Virus record (IMG/VR): IMGVR_UViG_3300042922_000817
Coordinates: 1-60,541 of that record
Strand: one strand, 5' to 3'
Length of the DNA stretch: 60,541 bases
Origin: a virus
Lineage: Duplodnaviria; Caudoviricetes
A program made the position numbers and the translations under genes. The number at the start of each line of letters is the position of its first letter. The stretch's first letter is position 1. Positions 27,722 to 36,804 of the stretch are shown piece after piece. The notes below the pieces were generated by a model that saw nothing but the letters and a program-made list of their open reading frames with translations, made no database searches and was not told the origin of the DNA.

Positions 27722-28870
27722 TTATGGATTTTGTTTTAATACATTTCTAAGGAATTCACTACGCTGCCTAGCATCCATTGTGCGCATCTGCCGAAAATCA
27801 ACTTTTACAGGTGGTGTACTTCCACCGCCTCCGGCACCCTCAACTATTGGTGGTTTTATCTTAGGAGCAGGCTGTGGAGTTTTACTGACACCAGATAACT
27901 TAGAGTAAAACGTCTCTCTTGCCGCCTTGTAATATTCATCAAGAATCGGTAAATCAGCACGAGTATAGGTTTGATTCTTTAATCGTTCTAATACTGGTGC
28001 AATCTTTGTTGCTTGGCTATACGGTAACGTTTGATAATGCGTCTGCATCAAGTGATCAATCTCGCCAAAGTGTGGATCTTTTTGATACTCCGTAATAACT
28101 GGAACCATTTCTTGCAAGGCTGCATGTGTTTCGGCTTGTGCTGATTTCACTTGCTCTTTTTCCTGCGTGACTTCATTTAACAAAGATTGAATGTTCGTTG
28201 TCATAGCAATATCGTACAACTTCTTTTTACTAATGCTTTCCGCGTCATCGTTATAACTAAGTTCTTCAAACTGTGCAGCTGTCATACCTAAATCTTTTAA
28301 GGCTCTCGCTTCTGCAATCTTTTGAATCTGTTGATAAACTTCAATTGAATTTACTTCTTCTTTTGGCGCTTCCTCTGTTACTTGAGCCGGTTGCTGCACT
28401 TGCGGTTGTTGCATCTGCTGCATAACCTGTTTTTGATAAGCTAGTTGCTGTTGTGCTTGGATAGCAGCGTAATGCGCTTTCAGATTATCAGGAATACGAC
28501 TTTCATCAACACTTCCTGTTGTCATTGCTTCAACTAGATCATTCGTTGTATATGGTGCGGCTGTACCCGATGTCACTTCATCATTGTTTGGCTCTTCAGT
28601 TTCCTTAGTTTCATCATTACTACCTTCTGATGTCGGTTGTACAATCTTTCGTTGCCCTGTTATTTCATCAAGAACAATTGCAAATTCAGGAGTAGTCGTT
28701 TCCTCTTGTGTTTGGTGTGATTCAGTTGTTGTCACATTAGCCTGAATAGGCTCCGTTGCTGTCGTTCCTGCTTCTACTTCGGAAGTAACCACTGTATCTG
28801 GTGTAATTGTTTCACTCCCTGCGGTACCATCCTCCGAAAACATTTTTAAATCAAAAATAAATGGTTTCAA
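27722..28870 (-). CDS. Scaffolding protein with an N-terminal Prp-type cleavage motif (FDLKMF|SE)
   Basis: Acidic low-complexity N-terminus, helical body, Pro/Gly-rich tail; lies between portal and capsid. Confidence 0.75.
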   Translation of the reverse strand: MKPFIFDLKMFSEDGTAGSETITPDTVVTSEVEAGTTATEPIQANVTTTESHQTQEETTTPEFAIVLDEITGQRKIVQPTSEGSNDETKETEEPNNDEVTSGTAAPYTTNDLVEAMTTGSVDESRIPDNLKAHYAAIQAQQQLAYQKQVMQQMQQPQVQQPAQVTEEAPKEEVNSIEVYQQIQKIAEARALKDLGMTAAQFEELSYNDDAESISKKKLYDIAMTTNIQSLLNEVTQEKEQVKSAQAETHAALQEMVPVITEYQKDPHFGEIDHLMQTHYQTLPYSQATKIAPVLERLKNQTYTRADLPILDEYYKAARETFYSKLSGVSKTPQPAPKIKPPIVEGAGGGGSTPPVKVDFRQMRTMDARQRSEFLRNVLKQNP

Positions 28871-29136
28871 TCTTCTTCCCCCTTTTGCTCAAGTTTTTTG
28901 AGCTTTCTATCTTTTTGCTCACCTTTTGCTACAATTTTTTTTAGATCCTCTTCAAAATCTAAATACGCTTTGTACTGTGATTGCAAAGCAGGCAAGTTGC
29001 TACTATTTCTAAGACCATCCAATACCTCACGTTCTTTTTTTGCTCTCCATTTCTGCATAAATTTCAAGGCGTTTTGAGCCTCTCGCCCTTCCGTAACATA
29101 CCGTTGTATATCAAGTTTTTCTGATTGTGTTATCAC
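28867..29136 (-). CDS. Small head-module protein
   Basis: Typical post-portal gene of podoviruses (GREAQ...W motif). Confidence 0.6.
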   Translation of the reverse strand: MITQSEKLDIQRYVTEGREAQNALKFMQKWRAKKEREVLDGLRNSSNLPALQSQYKAYLDFEEDLKKIVAKGEQKDRKLKKLEQKGEED

Positions 29137-29147
29137 TCAAAAACCTC

Positions 29148-31178
29148 CTATGATTTATCAATGAATTCTTTTTGCATAACCGATTCAGGAGTTGTTTGTA
29201 ATCCATTTGCTTGCAATGCCTGGGCTTTTGCATCAATTGGTAAATCACGATAATTAACGGATACTTTAGGTTGCGCCTGTGCCTTTGCTTGCTCTGCTAA
29301 CTGCTGCTGTTGAACTTGTTGCTGTTGCATCGCCATTGCTTTCTTTTGCTGCGCCTGTGGCGATTGCGGGTCAACAAGATATTGCTCAACACTACGAATC
29401 CCCATCTTTTCAAGCAGTTCCTTACTTATGTTGTACCAGCTGTTTTCATCTACTATGCCTGCTGCTTCAAGCCTTGGATATAGCTGTTGTATAAGAAGCA
29501 TCAAGTATTGAATCTGTGCTTCTTTTGTACCCGCCCCCTGCCCGACATTAACAATGAGATCATAGTCAATATTGAGTTCATCTTTATTGATCGTAACATT
29601 TTCATTAGTCAGGCGAATGATCTGACCTTCATCGAGAAACTTTTGGCAGAGCAATATCAAAAACTTTATAATCGGTATCCATGTGGTTTCAGCTAACAAT
29701 CTAGCAATCAATCGAATCTTCTTATCAGCTGCCCCCATAATTGCGTTAATACCGGTTGCCGTCTTATTAAGCGAATTACTATCAAGCCCCTGATTGTATC
29801 TCGTGCTACCAGATTGGTTTTCGATTTCATTTTGCGCATATTGTACAAGGTCCATTGTGTATGGGCTAACGGCAATAGCAGGTGCAATATAAACGTTTTG
29901 CGATGGATTATCACCTGCCGGAACAACTTCCTCCCCATCGATCATTGCATCTATATCAACCTTCGCTTCATTGACGAACTTCTGAGGAACATTATTCTTT
30001 GCTGTTGCAATGATAATTTGCCTTACGAGTGCTGTCTTCAAGTCCTGCAATTGTTCAAGAGTATCAGCAAAGCTACTATCACCAAACACACTATATGAAT
30101 CGTATTCTGGACTGAATATAAAAAATGGTGGCATTTCAAATGTGTTATCCTGTACACGCAAAGCTGTATCACCAACTGCATGCACTATAACATTCTCATA
30201 CACACCATCATTGTTATAATCTACTTTGATATAAGCCTCATATAGCTCAATATCTTTTGATGCATTATCATTGTCACTAAGTTTACCTCTGATACTGTTA
30301 ATCTCTTCATTATGCTTTGTATCAAGGCTTGAATATGTAGCATTTCCAGCATCATCTTCAATTGCTTGGTCAACATTTTCATAAACGCCTTCATTTTCCT
30401 TACGCTTTAAGTAATCACCTTTGACTATTTTTCGATGAGCTACGAACTTTGCTTCGTGAATGTTCTTCGTTTCTTGCGTAAACCGAAGCTCTGAAGGCGA
30501 TAGATTTTCTAACACCGGAATATTACATTTCACATTTACAACATCGAATGTAATCTTCAGCAAGTCTCCCTGCTCAGTGATTGGTTCAACCTTTGTAATC
30601 TCAATAGCACCTTGCTCCTGCGCACTCATAAGCATTTGCATAGCATTTGAATCCGCCATAATCTGCATCGGTTCACGTTCTTCATCACGTTTCCAGTGAA
30701 TCTTAGCAACACCAAAGTTTGTCTCAAGACCTTCTTTGATAAGCGTATACATGAAAACGAAATAGCTATTCTTGCGCTGCACAAAGTACTTCACAAGCTC
30801 TTGAATCTTCTTCGCTTTACCATCATCCTCAATTTGAACACCTAAGATATCGACTGGATCATCACTACCTGTGAAAACTTCAATGAGTGATGGTATTAAC
30901 CAATCAATTGTGGTCTTTACATCACGACTGATCCACTCAGATGATTCAGACAAACCCGGGAATTTCTTTTTGTATAAACTCTTTGGAGCTTTATAGATAT
31001 CCATACGTTTTGATATTTTAGGCTCAACAATCGCCTTATAATAATTATTTGCTACATCACGGCCAGCCTTATAAGCCGCCATTATCTTTTCGAGTTCTTC
31101 TGGCTTGAGTGTCTTTAAACTTACTTCACTATCTGCACCGTTTTGAGCTACTTCAAATTGATTATCCGTATTGTTCAA
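29148..31178 (-). CDS. Portal protein (P22/SU10-like)
   Basis: WISRDV...PSLIEVF, SGSTRYNQG...KTATG motifs and a Q-rich C-terminal tail. Confidence 0.88.
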   Translation of the reverse strand: MNNTDNQFEVAQNGADSEVSLKTLKPEELEKIMAAYKAGRDVANNYYKAIVEPKISKRMDIYKAPKSLYKKKFPGLSESSEWISRDVKTTIDWLIPSLIEVFTGSDDPVDILGVQIEDDGKAKKIQELVKYFVQRKNSYFVFMYTLIKEGLETNFGVAKIHWKRDEEREPMQIMADSNAMQMLMSAQEQGAIEITKVEPITEQGDLLKITFDVVNVKCNIPVLENLSPSELRFTQETKNIHEAKFVAHRKIVKGDYLKRKENEGVYENVDQAIEDDAGNATYSSLDTKHNEEINSIRGKLSDNDNASKDIELYEAYIKVDYNNDGVYENVIVHAVGDTALRVQDNTFEMPPFFIFSPEYDSYSVFGDSSFADTLEQLQDLKTALVRQIIIATAKNNVPQKFVNEAKVDIDAMIDGEEVVPAGDNPSQNVYIAPAIAVSPYTMDLVQYAQNEIENQSGSTRYNQGLDSNSLNKTATGINAIMGAADKKIRLIARLLAETTWIPIIKFLILLCQKFLDEGQIIRLTNENVTINKDELNIDYDLIVNVGQGAGTKEAQIQYLMLLIQQLYPRLEAAGIVDENSWYNISKELLEKMGIRSVEQYLVDPQSPQAQQKKAMAMQQQQVQQQQLAEQAKAQAQPKVSVNYRDLPIDAKAQALQANGLQTTPESVMQKEFIDKS

Positions 31179-31193
31179 TAGGTTTCACCACCC

Positions 31194-31484
31194 TCACGGC
31201 GTATACTCTGCAATGACAACATTAGTCGCAGCACTAGCAATCAAATATATATCCGCACTACTATTAACCGGAATCAAACGTGTTGCTCCGGCAGCAATAG
31301 GAATGCCCGTGGTAATCGTTACATCACTTCCACCAAAGAAAACAGTCGCATTGCCAGCTACATTGTTGATTTCAAGTGTTGTACGACCTTGTCTATTTTG
31401 CGAATTACTACAAGCTCTAACTGGATTTGTGGAAACTGCTACCTTTGAAGAGAACATCTGTCCAACTTGGCTTCCATAGTCCAT
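31194..31484 (-). CDS. Small beta-sandwich protein, possible head decoration
   Basis: R..LEINN...VFFGG...TGIPIAAG pattern; start moved to the ATG at 31484 after AAGGAG. Confidence 0.55.
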   Translation of the reverse strand: MDYGSQVGQMFSSKVAVSTNPVRACSNSQNRQGRTTLEINNVAGNATVFFGGSDVTITTGIPIAAGATRLIPVNSSADIYLIASAATNVVIAEYTP

Positions 31485-31509
31485 ATTGATCAACTCCTTT
31501 GATTTGGAC

Positions 31510-31907
31510 ATAAAAATAGCGACTATGTACGCTAGTCGCTTAAACTTATTAGTCAATACTTATAAATTTTCTCGGTTCACTTTCTTTATCCATATGAACA
31601 TTAGGAACAAAAGTCAATGCTTCAGCTACTGAATAACTACCATCTGGATTTTTTTGTTGTGTACTAACTTGCACAATGCAACCACCATGAACGTTGGCGA
31701 CTTTTGTTGACTTCATCCAGCCTTGTTCGTTACTACTAGCTTTACATAACAATGCGAACGTGTCCCCGGTACCGTATACTTTGATATCAGAAATATTTTC
31801 CTTCGCCGTTTTAACACAATCAATATCTAATGTCTTTTCAGTCATTATAAATTCACTCCTTAATTTTTGGTATAAAAATAGCGACTATGCTTCTACACTA
31901 GTCGCTT
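31510..31907. repeat. Duplicated terminator hairpins (31510-31541, 31872-31907) flanking the 31549 gene
   Basis: ATAAAAATAGCGACTATG...CTAGTCGCTT occurs twice with different loops. Confidence 0.8.
31549..31845 (-). CDS. Conserved small phage protein (KASS..GWMKSTK..GCIVQV motif), function unknown
   Basis: Good RBS; motif recognised as recurrent in phages. Confidence 0.65.
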   Translation of the reverse strand: MTEKTLDIDCVKTAKENISDIKVYGTGDTFALLCKASSNEQGWMKSTKVANVHGGCIVQVSTQQKNPDGSYSVAEALTFVPNVHMDKESEPRKFISID

Positions 31908-32275
31908 TATTTGTCAAGTCTTCTAAGATAATGCAATAGCGGCATGAATGAGTCTGGTAATCCTTTATCTCCGTACTGTTCTTCTATGTCGCCAATGAAC
32001 GCATGGGATAACTCTTTCAATTTGCCATATTCTTCTTGTGAGGCAATTACAACCGCGCATTTATCGCTTGGGCAGAATTGATTTGGCTGGTTTTCTGGAT
32101 CTGTTACTACTTGTTTTGCTACTAATCCATTTTCACTTTCATCATAAGGAAATGGTACACATTTTTGCCCAGAAACAATTTCAGCATGAGTTTGAGTTAT
32201 GATTAAAGTATCGTGAAGGCAATGATGCATACGCATATACTCAACAGCGTCCTTGCAAGCTTCTTTTAATTCCAT
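31907..32275 (-). CDS. Hypothetical protein
   Basis: ORF coupled to its neighbours. Confidence 0.55.
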   Translation of the reverse strand: MELKEACKDAVEYMRMHHCLHDTLIITQTHAEIVSGQKCVPFPYDESENGLVAKQVVTDPENQPNQFCPSDKCAVVIASQEEYGKLKELSHAFIGDIEEQYGDKGLPDSFMPLLHYLRRLDK

Positions 32276-32277
32276 TA

Positions 32278-32736
32278 CTAATTTTCCCCCTTATTCATCC
32301 CGTTGGCACACTGCAGTAAGAAGCCAAGCAAGAACCAAACTTTATCTTTTATTTTCTCGATGCAAATTTCGGTACCAACTTGCATATCAAAATTTTTAGC
32401 ATCAACACATGAGCTGCTTTCAACTAAAATAAAACCATTTGCTAACGTTGCCTTTACAACGGTTGTTTTGTCACCAAGCTGAGTGTAATCAACGTTTTTG
32501 ATAAAAGAATCAACATCATCCTGCATAATAGTATTTTGATCACTACCAAATTTACGATAAGCTTTTTCGAATACGTCCTTAGGCGACCACGAAACATAAT
32601 CATCACTATACTTAACCACATATCCATCATCGTCTGGATTTTCATCCGCTGGGATAGTCCATCCTTTAAACCCGTTATAAGCCCCCCTTGTCATCAATTT
32701 TGCCTGAATCCTTTTAACTCCAATGTATTTATCCAT
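32278..32736 (-). CDS. Two-domain protein: YIGVK..GY.V.Y..SWSPK domain fused to an N4 gp49/Sf6 gp66-like domain (possible nucleotide sponge)
   Basis: C-terminal KTTVV...NGF...SSCVD..NFD..G..IC...W.LLGFLL matches the gp49/66 family pattern. Confidence 0.7.
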   Translation of the reverse strand: MDKYIGVKRIQAKLMTRGAYNGFKGWTIPADENPDDDGYVVKYSDDYVSWSPKDVFEKAYRKFGSDQNTIMQDDVDSFIKNVDYTQLGDKTTVVKATLANGFILVESSSCVDAKNFDMQVGTEICIEKIKDKVWFLLGFLLQCANGMNKGEN

Positions 32737-33065
32737 TATTCATCCCTCTTTCTACTTGTCATACACTCTTTTGTAAAGCACTGAGGATATTGCAACTTAA
32801 TTGCATTTAGCCCCAACAATGCAGTATTAATAATAGCCACTGTTTCTGCTGTCTTATCGCATACAAAAACGATATGACCTTTCTGACAATGCTGAACATC
32901 GGTTTTAGTATCATAATATCCACATCCCCGGGCAGCAGTTTGTCCGATTGCAGATACAGCAGCGCAAACAATATCGTCACCTTTTGCATAATCAGCATGC
33001 CCACGAATATAAATACCTGTTTTACCATCATCTTTATATGGTTTGACTTCTCCAAATGTAATCAA
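32736..33065 (-). CDS. prp: Phage-encoded Prp ribosomal-processing cysteine protease (DUF464)
   Basis: GHA...DIVCAAVS catalytic His/Cys motif, LLGL..I..QYP C-terminus and about 109 aa length. Confidence 0.88.
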   Translation of the reverse strand: MITFGEVKPYKDDGKTGIYIRGHADYAKGDDIVCAAVSAIGQTAARGCGYYDTKTDVQHCQKGHIVFVCDKTAETVAIINTALLGLNAIKLQYPQCFTKECMTSRKRDE

Positions 33066-34541
33066 CTACATACCTCCTGCCTTTCTTGTTTTGCCTGCAC
33101 GACGTAATTTTTTATATTTTGTATTGGTATTTACCTGAACTGGAAACGCAAATGTCAAAGCAAATGCATCGCCAAGATTCGGTGATGGTATTCCACGCTT
33201 TTTCATATCTTGCTTGCTCTCTAATTGCAGCTTTCCATGGCTATTTATAAACGCTTCTGGCGCAGTCAGGTCATTGTAGATCGTTTGATCATCATCAATC
33301 TTCCCTCCATCTTTAAGCCAATCTTTTGCATCTGACCACATTTCAGCCCGTTTATTAGCAAATCCATCTTTTGTCGGTGCTTCAGCAAACGCTACAAGCT
33401 TCCAATTATCACGCCCCATACTAACACCTGCACTATATATGCCAGTTCCATAGCCCATATCAATAAATACAGCTGATGCCGAATAATCATCTTGAAACTT
33501 TGCAATGCGTCCAGCCATGAGCATATCGTTATCATTCTTTGGATATACTGCAAGCTTCTTACTGAATAAGCCTTGCCGAAGCATTATCGCAAAACTATCA
33601 TCACCGCTCCAAGCCGGATCAACACCAATAATAGCAGGAGCAAAACTATACTGACTTTCTAAAATGGTTCGCTCTCTTGCAGCTGTTGCAATCACAGTTG
33701 ATATAAACTGATTCACTGATGCACTTGGGAATAATCCACGAACACGTACTTTAACAAAGTCACTATCCTCACCGTAATCATCTACCCACTCTTGCAATAA
33801 CTTCTTGTTACTGATCTTAACGGTCCGACTATCAATCTGCTTCGTATGCCAACGATTTCGATATTTATGAAAGCAATCAAAAAAACGTCCAGTATTCCTT
33901 GTTGGATTACCGAACGCACACCATATGATCTGTGTATTACTGTCGGTTAACGCACCTTCTGTTACTTCCCATATTGCATCTGATATCGCCGATGCTTCAT
34001 CAAATATAACTAAGATACGTTTACCTTCATTATGCAGTCCGGCAAATGCTTCTGGATTCGATTCGCTCCAAGGGATTGCATCAATACGCCACGTCTTTTG
34101 GTGGTCTGCATCAACACTAAAGAGTGCTGTTGCTGTATATGTAAATAGCTCTTTAGCAATAAACAAGCGATGCCACTTCGCAAGTTCAGCCCATGTTTTA
34201 CTCTTAAGCTGCGTATCTGTATTTGCAGTAACAACACCTCGTGTATCTTCAAATGTTGATATCGCCCATAGAATAATCCATGAAACTAGAGCTGATTTAC
34301 CAATACCATGACCAGATGCAATGGCTTCACGAATAACTTCATCAGCTGTTTTGATTCCATCACGAATATCTGCAAGTAATTCTATCTGCCATTTATCGGG
34401 ACCATCTTTTCCTTTTAGTTCATCTTCACCCCATGCAAAAGCGGCATATACAAAGCCTAGTGGATCGCTACTAAACTCAGCTAAAAATTCAATAAGAGCT
34501 TGTTGTTCTTCTGGCTTATACTCACTCTTCTTTGCAGCCAT
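33066..34541 (-). CDS. terL: Terminase large subunit
   Basis: Walker A SGHGIGKS, Walker B IFDEAS, GNPTR coupling motif, nuclease GVDPA and SPNLGDAFAL. Confidence 0.93.
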   Translation of the reverse strand: MAAKKSEYKPEEQQALIEFLAEFSSDPLGFVYAAFAWGEDELKGKDGPDKWQIELLADIRDGIKTADEVIREAIASGHGIGKSALVSWIILWAISTFEDTRGVVTANTDTQLKSKTWAELAKWHRLFIAKELFTYTATALFSVDADHQKTWRIDAIPWSESNPEAFAGLHNEGKRILVIFDEASAISDAIWEVTEGALTDSNTQIIWCAFGNPTRNTGRFFDCFHKYRNRWHTKQIDSRTVKISNKKLLQEWVDDYGEDSDFVKVRVRGLFPSASVNQFISTVIATAARERTILESQYSFAPAIIGVDPAWSGDDSFAIMLRQGLFSKKLAVYPKNDNDMLMAGRIAKFQDDYSASAVFIDMGYGTGIYSAGVSMGRDNWKLVAFAEAPTKDGFANKRAEMWSDAKDWLKDGGKIDDDQTIYNDLTAPEAFINSHGKLQLESKQDMKKRGIPSPNLGDAFALTFAFPVQVNTNTKYKKLRRAGKTRKAGGM

Positions 34542-35019
34542 TTAGTGCACGCTCCCTTGCTTTCTTTAAGGTATCAGCAATACCAACGCTACCAGTAAGT
34601 TCAACGTCTTTCTTATCTCGCCATACATCTGGTTTACGATTCTTAAGCCAAAAGATTTGCGCTGTAGTATCGGGAGGCACAAACACTTCTTCATCTGCAT
34701 ACTCAATATGTTCTTTTTCACTGATACGCTTGCCATTATCGTACAGGACTTCTTTTACCTTGATAGCCTTCGTGACTGTCTCTTTGAAACCTAAAGCCTT
34801 TTGCAGTAGCGCATTTTCAACTTGACGATCAACAATTTCCTTGCCTTTTTTTAAGGTGTCAGATATGACAGGATGCTTCTTTATCCAATCGTATAAAGTT
34901 TGCCTTCTAATTCCCATGTTCGTAGCTATCTGTTCATCAGTTAAACCATCATGTGCCCAACCTTGAATCTTAATTAATCCTTCTTCTGTAAGCCACTTCT
35001 CGTATTTACCTTTTGCCAT
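34522..35019 (-). CDS. terS: Terminase small subunit
   Basis: N-terminal HTH and PDTTAQIFWLKNRKPDVWRD motif; overlaps terL. Confidence 0.85.
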   Translation of the reverse strand: MAKGKYEKWLTEEGLIKIQGWAHDGLTDEQIATNMGIRRQTLYDWIKKHPVISDTLKKGKEIVDRQVENALLQKALGFKETVTKAIKVKEVLYDNGKRISEKEHIEYADEEVFVPPDTTAQIFWLKNRKPDVWRDKKDVELTGSVGIADTLKKARERALNGCKEE

Positions 35020-35149
35020 TACATAATCACCAACTCCCTAAGATTGTTTGTTTTTAGTTTAAATTAAAAGGAGTGAAGATTTCTCTCCACTCCTAGAAAT
35101 ATTAAGTTCGAGAAAGTTTTGCAAAAAACTATTCCCTAATACCTAATAC

Positions 35150-35830
35150 CTAATACCCAATAGCAAACCAGTTAAATTTCGGTGCTTCAGTGAAATTTTT
35201 CGTGTCGTTGCTATCACCAACAATATCAACAGATGATGTTGTTAAGGATTTAACCCATATTACAGGCACCCATCCACCACTAGTAACATGTCCTGCAGCT
35301 GTCGCATACACTTGTAAACAAGCATTTGGAAATGGGATTGGGAAAGGGACCGTCTTGGTTGTCACAGTTCTTTCACTTGTAGGAAAATTAGAACTACCCC
35401 ACTGTAATATCAAGCCACCCGGCAATTTTTGGTAACCATTATTGTTATACAAGGCACTAAAATCATCAATTTTGGTGATATCACTACCATTTACCTGCGT
35501 AATCATAATATCCTTTGTACCATCAAAAGTTACTCCATTGATATTCCTTGCTGTTTCTAACTTTGTTGCAGTAGCAGAATTTCCTGTACACGTTGCTGAA
35601 ACATCCGCACTAAGTACATCTACTTGAATAGATACATCTGCTGAACCATCGAAGCTCGTACTACCCGTTGCATCCCCTTCTAATGATATTTTTCTTGCAG
35701 TTGTTAACTTAGCTGCTGAATCCGCAATAACCGCAGTTGCAGCGTCAACGATTTTGTCCTCTTTTAAGGCTCTAAAATTTTCTCTGATATCCGCTGTGTT
35801 GTCTACTGGTAAATTTGAATTGTAAGACAT
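35150..35830 (-). CDS. Short tail-fibre-like protein with a gp53-like C-terminal domain (moron)
   Basis: AKL.TAR.I...FDGS fibre repeats and [15 protein letters not shown]...FPIPFPN...WFAIGY tip. Confidence 0.75.
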   Translation of the reverse strand: MSYNSNLPVDNTADIRENFRALKEDKIVDAATAVIADSAAKLTTARKISLEGDATGSTSFDGSADVSIQVDVLSADVSATCTGNSATATKLETARNINGVTFDGTKDIMITQVNGSDITKIDDFSALYNNNGYQKLPGGLILQWGSSNFPTSERTVTTKTVPFPIPFPNACLQVYATAAGHVTSGGWVPVIWVKSLTTSSVDIVGDSNDTKNFTEAPKFNWFAIGY

Positions 35831-35877
35831 GTAAATTTCCTCCTAAGTTTTTATTTAATATATTTCTTGATTTCTTA

Positions 35878-36582
35878 TTAATATTTAATACAAGCTAGTA
35901 AAGCAATGTTACGAGGACGGGTTTCTGTGCCACCGGTAGCTTCTGTTTGTCCAGTGATATATCTATCTGTAGATGGATTAGCACCAGCAAACCCCTGCCC
36001 GGAAGGCTGCCCACCAAACAAAGCATTTACATAATGTTTATGGTTTTTCAAAGCATCATTTTGCAACGAACCTATCAATCTATTGCCGTCTACTCCGCGA
36101 CCGTCATCATATCCACGAATAAACTCACCTCTAATATCTGGTAAATTAAATGTAGTACTGCCATCACCATTACCAAATGTCGTGCCTATTGCAGCAAATA
36201 AATTAGCATAGTCTGTTCTAGGAACTGCTGAACCATCAGCTTTTAACCATCCTGTTGGAGCATTTGCCATTGCAAAATATTGAACTGCACCTGCTGGAGA
36301 ACTAATATACATAATATCTGTTGCAGTTTTTCCGTTCAAAGTATTTGCATTATCTGCACTAAGTACATCTACTTGAATAGATACATCTGCTGTCCCGTCA
36401 AAGCTTGTACTACCTGCATCCCCTTCTAAAGAGATTTTTCTTGCACTCACTAATTTTGCTGCTGAATCCGCAACAACAGCAGTTGCAGCGTCGACAATCT
36501 TGTCCTCTTTTAACGCTCTAAGATTTTCTCTGATTTCTGCTGGTGCAGTAGTATCTGCTGGTAAATTTGAATTGTAAGACAT
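35878..36582 (-). CDS. Short tail-fibre-like protein with a tail-collar domain (moron)
   Basis: Same N-terminus as the neighbour; PAGAVQYFA...PTGWLKADG...FNLPDIRGEFIRG...ETRPRNIALLACIKY collar domain. Confidence 0.8.
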   Translation of the reverse strand: MSYNSNLPADTTAPAEIRENLRALKEDKIVDAATAVVADSAAKLVSARKISLEGDAGSTSFDGTADVSIQVDVLSADNANTLNGKTATDIMYISSPAGAVQYFAMANAPTGWLKADGSAVPRTDYANLFAAIGTTFGNGDGSTTFNLPDIRGEFIRGYDDGRGVDGNRLIGSLQNDALKNHKHYVNALFGGQPSGQGFAGANPSTDRYITGQTEATGGTETRPRNIALLACIKY

Positions 36583-36608
36583 AATAAATTTCCTCCTAAA
36601 TTTTTATT

Positions 36609-36708
36609 GAAAACCAATATAGCCAAAGACCTCTTATTTAATTGTTTTTTTGTCTTGTATATCGGCTCTCACTGATATACATTCTTTGAGCAGAGATTTT
36701 TAAACACA
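36609..36708 (-). promoter_or_regulatory. Shared promoter-like motif plus structured leader, copy C
   Basis: TGTGTTTAAAAATCTCTGCTCAAAGAATGTATATCAGTGA followed by a hairpin (36609-36670) that covaries with copy A. Confidence 0.75.
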
Positions 36709-36804
36709 AAAATAAAAAAAATTTTCTAATTATTTTTTACGTCTATTTTAAGGCATTAAAAAAGCACCCCGAAGGATGCTTGAATTATCTACCTAGAGAA
36801 TCAA

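Noticed and set aside
29280-29360. Gln-rich low-complexity repeat in the portal gene
   Set aside because: Ordinary Q-rich C-terminal tail of podovirus-type portals, not a separate repeat element.
35150-36600. Invertible tail-fibre switch (shufflon)
   Set aside because: The paralogs are in direct orientation, with no inverted crossover sites and no dedicated invertase.
36655-36690. Sigma28/FliA promoter suggested by GCCGATAT in leader copy C
   Set aside because: Spacing to a TAAA-like -35 is too long, the motif is absent in copy B, and the bases are explained by hairpin pairing.
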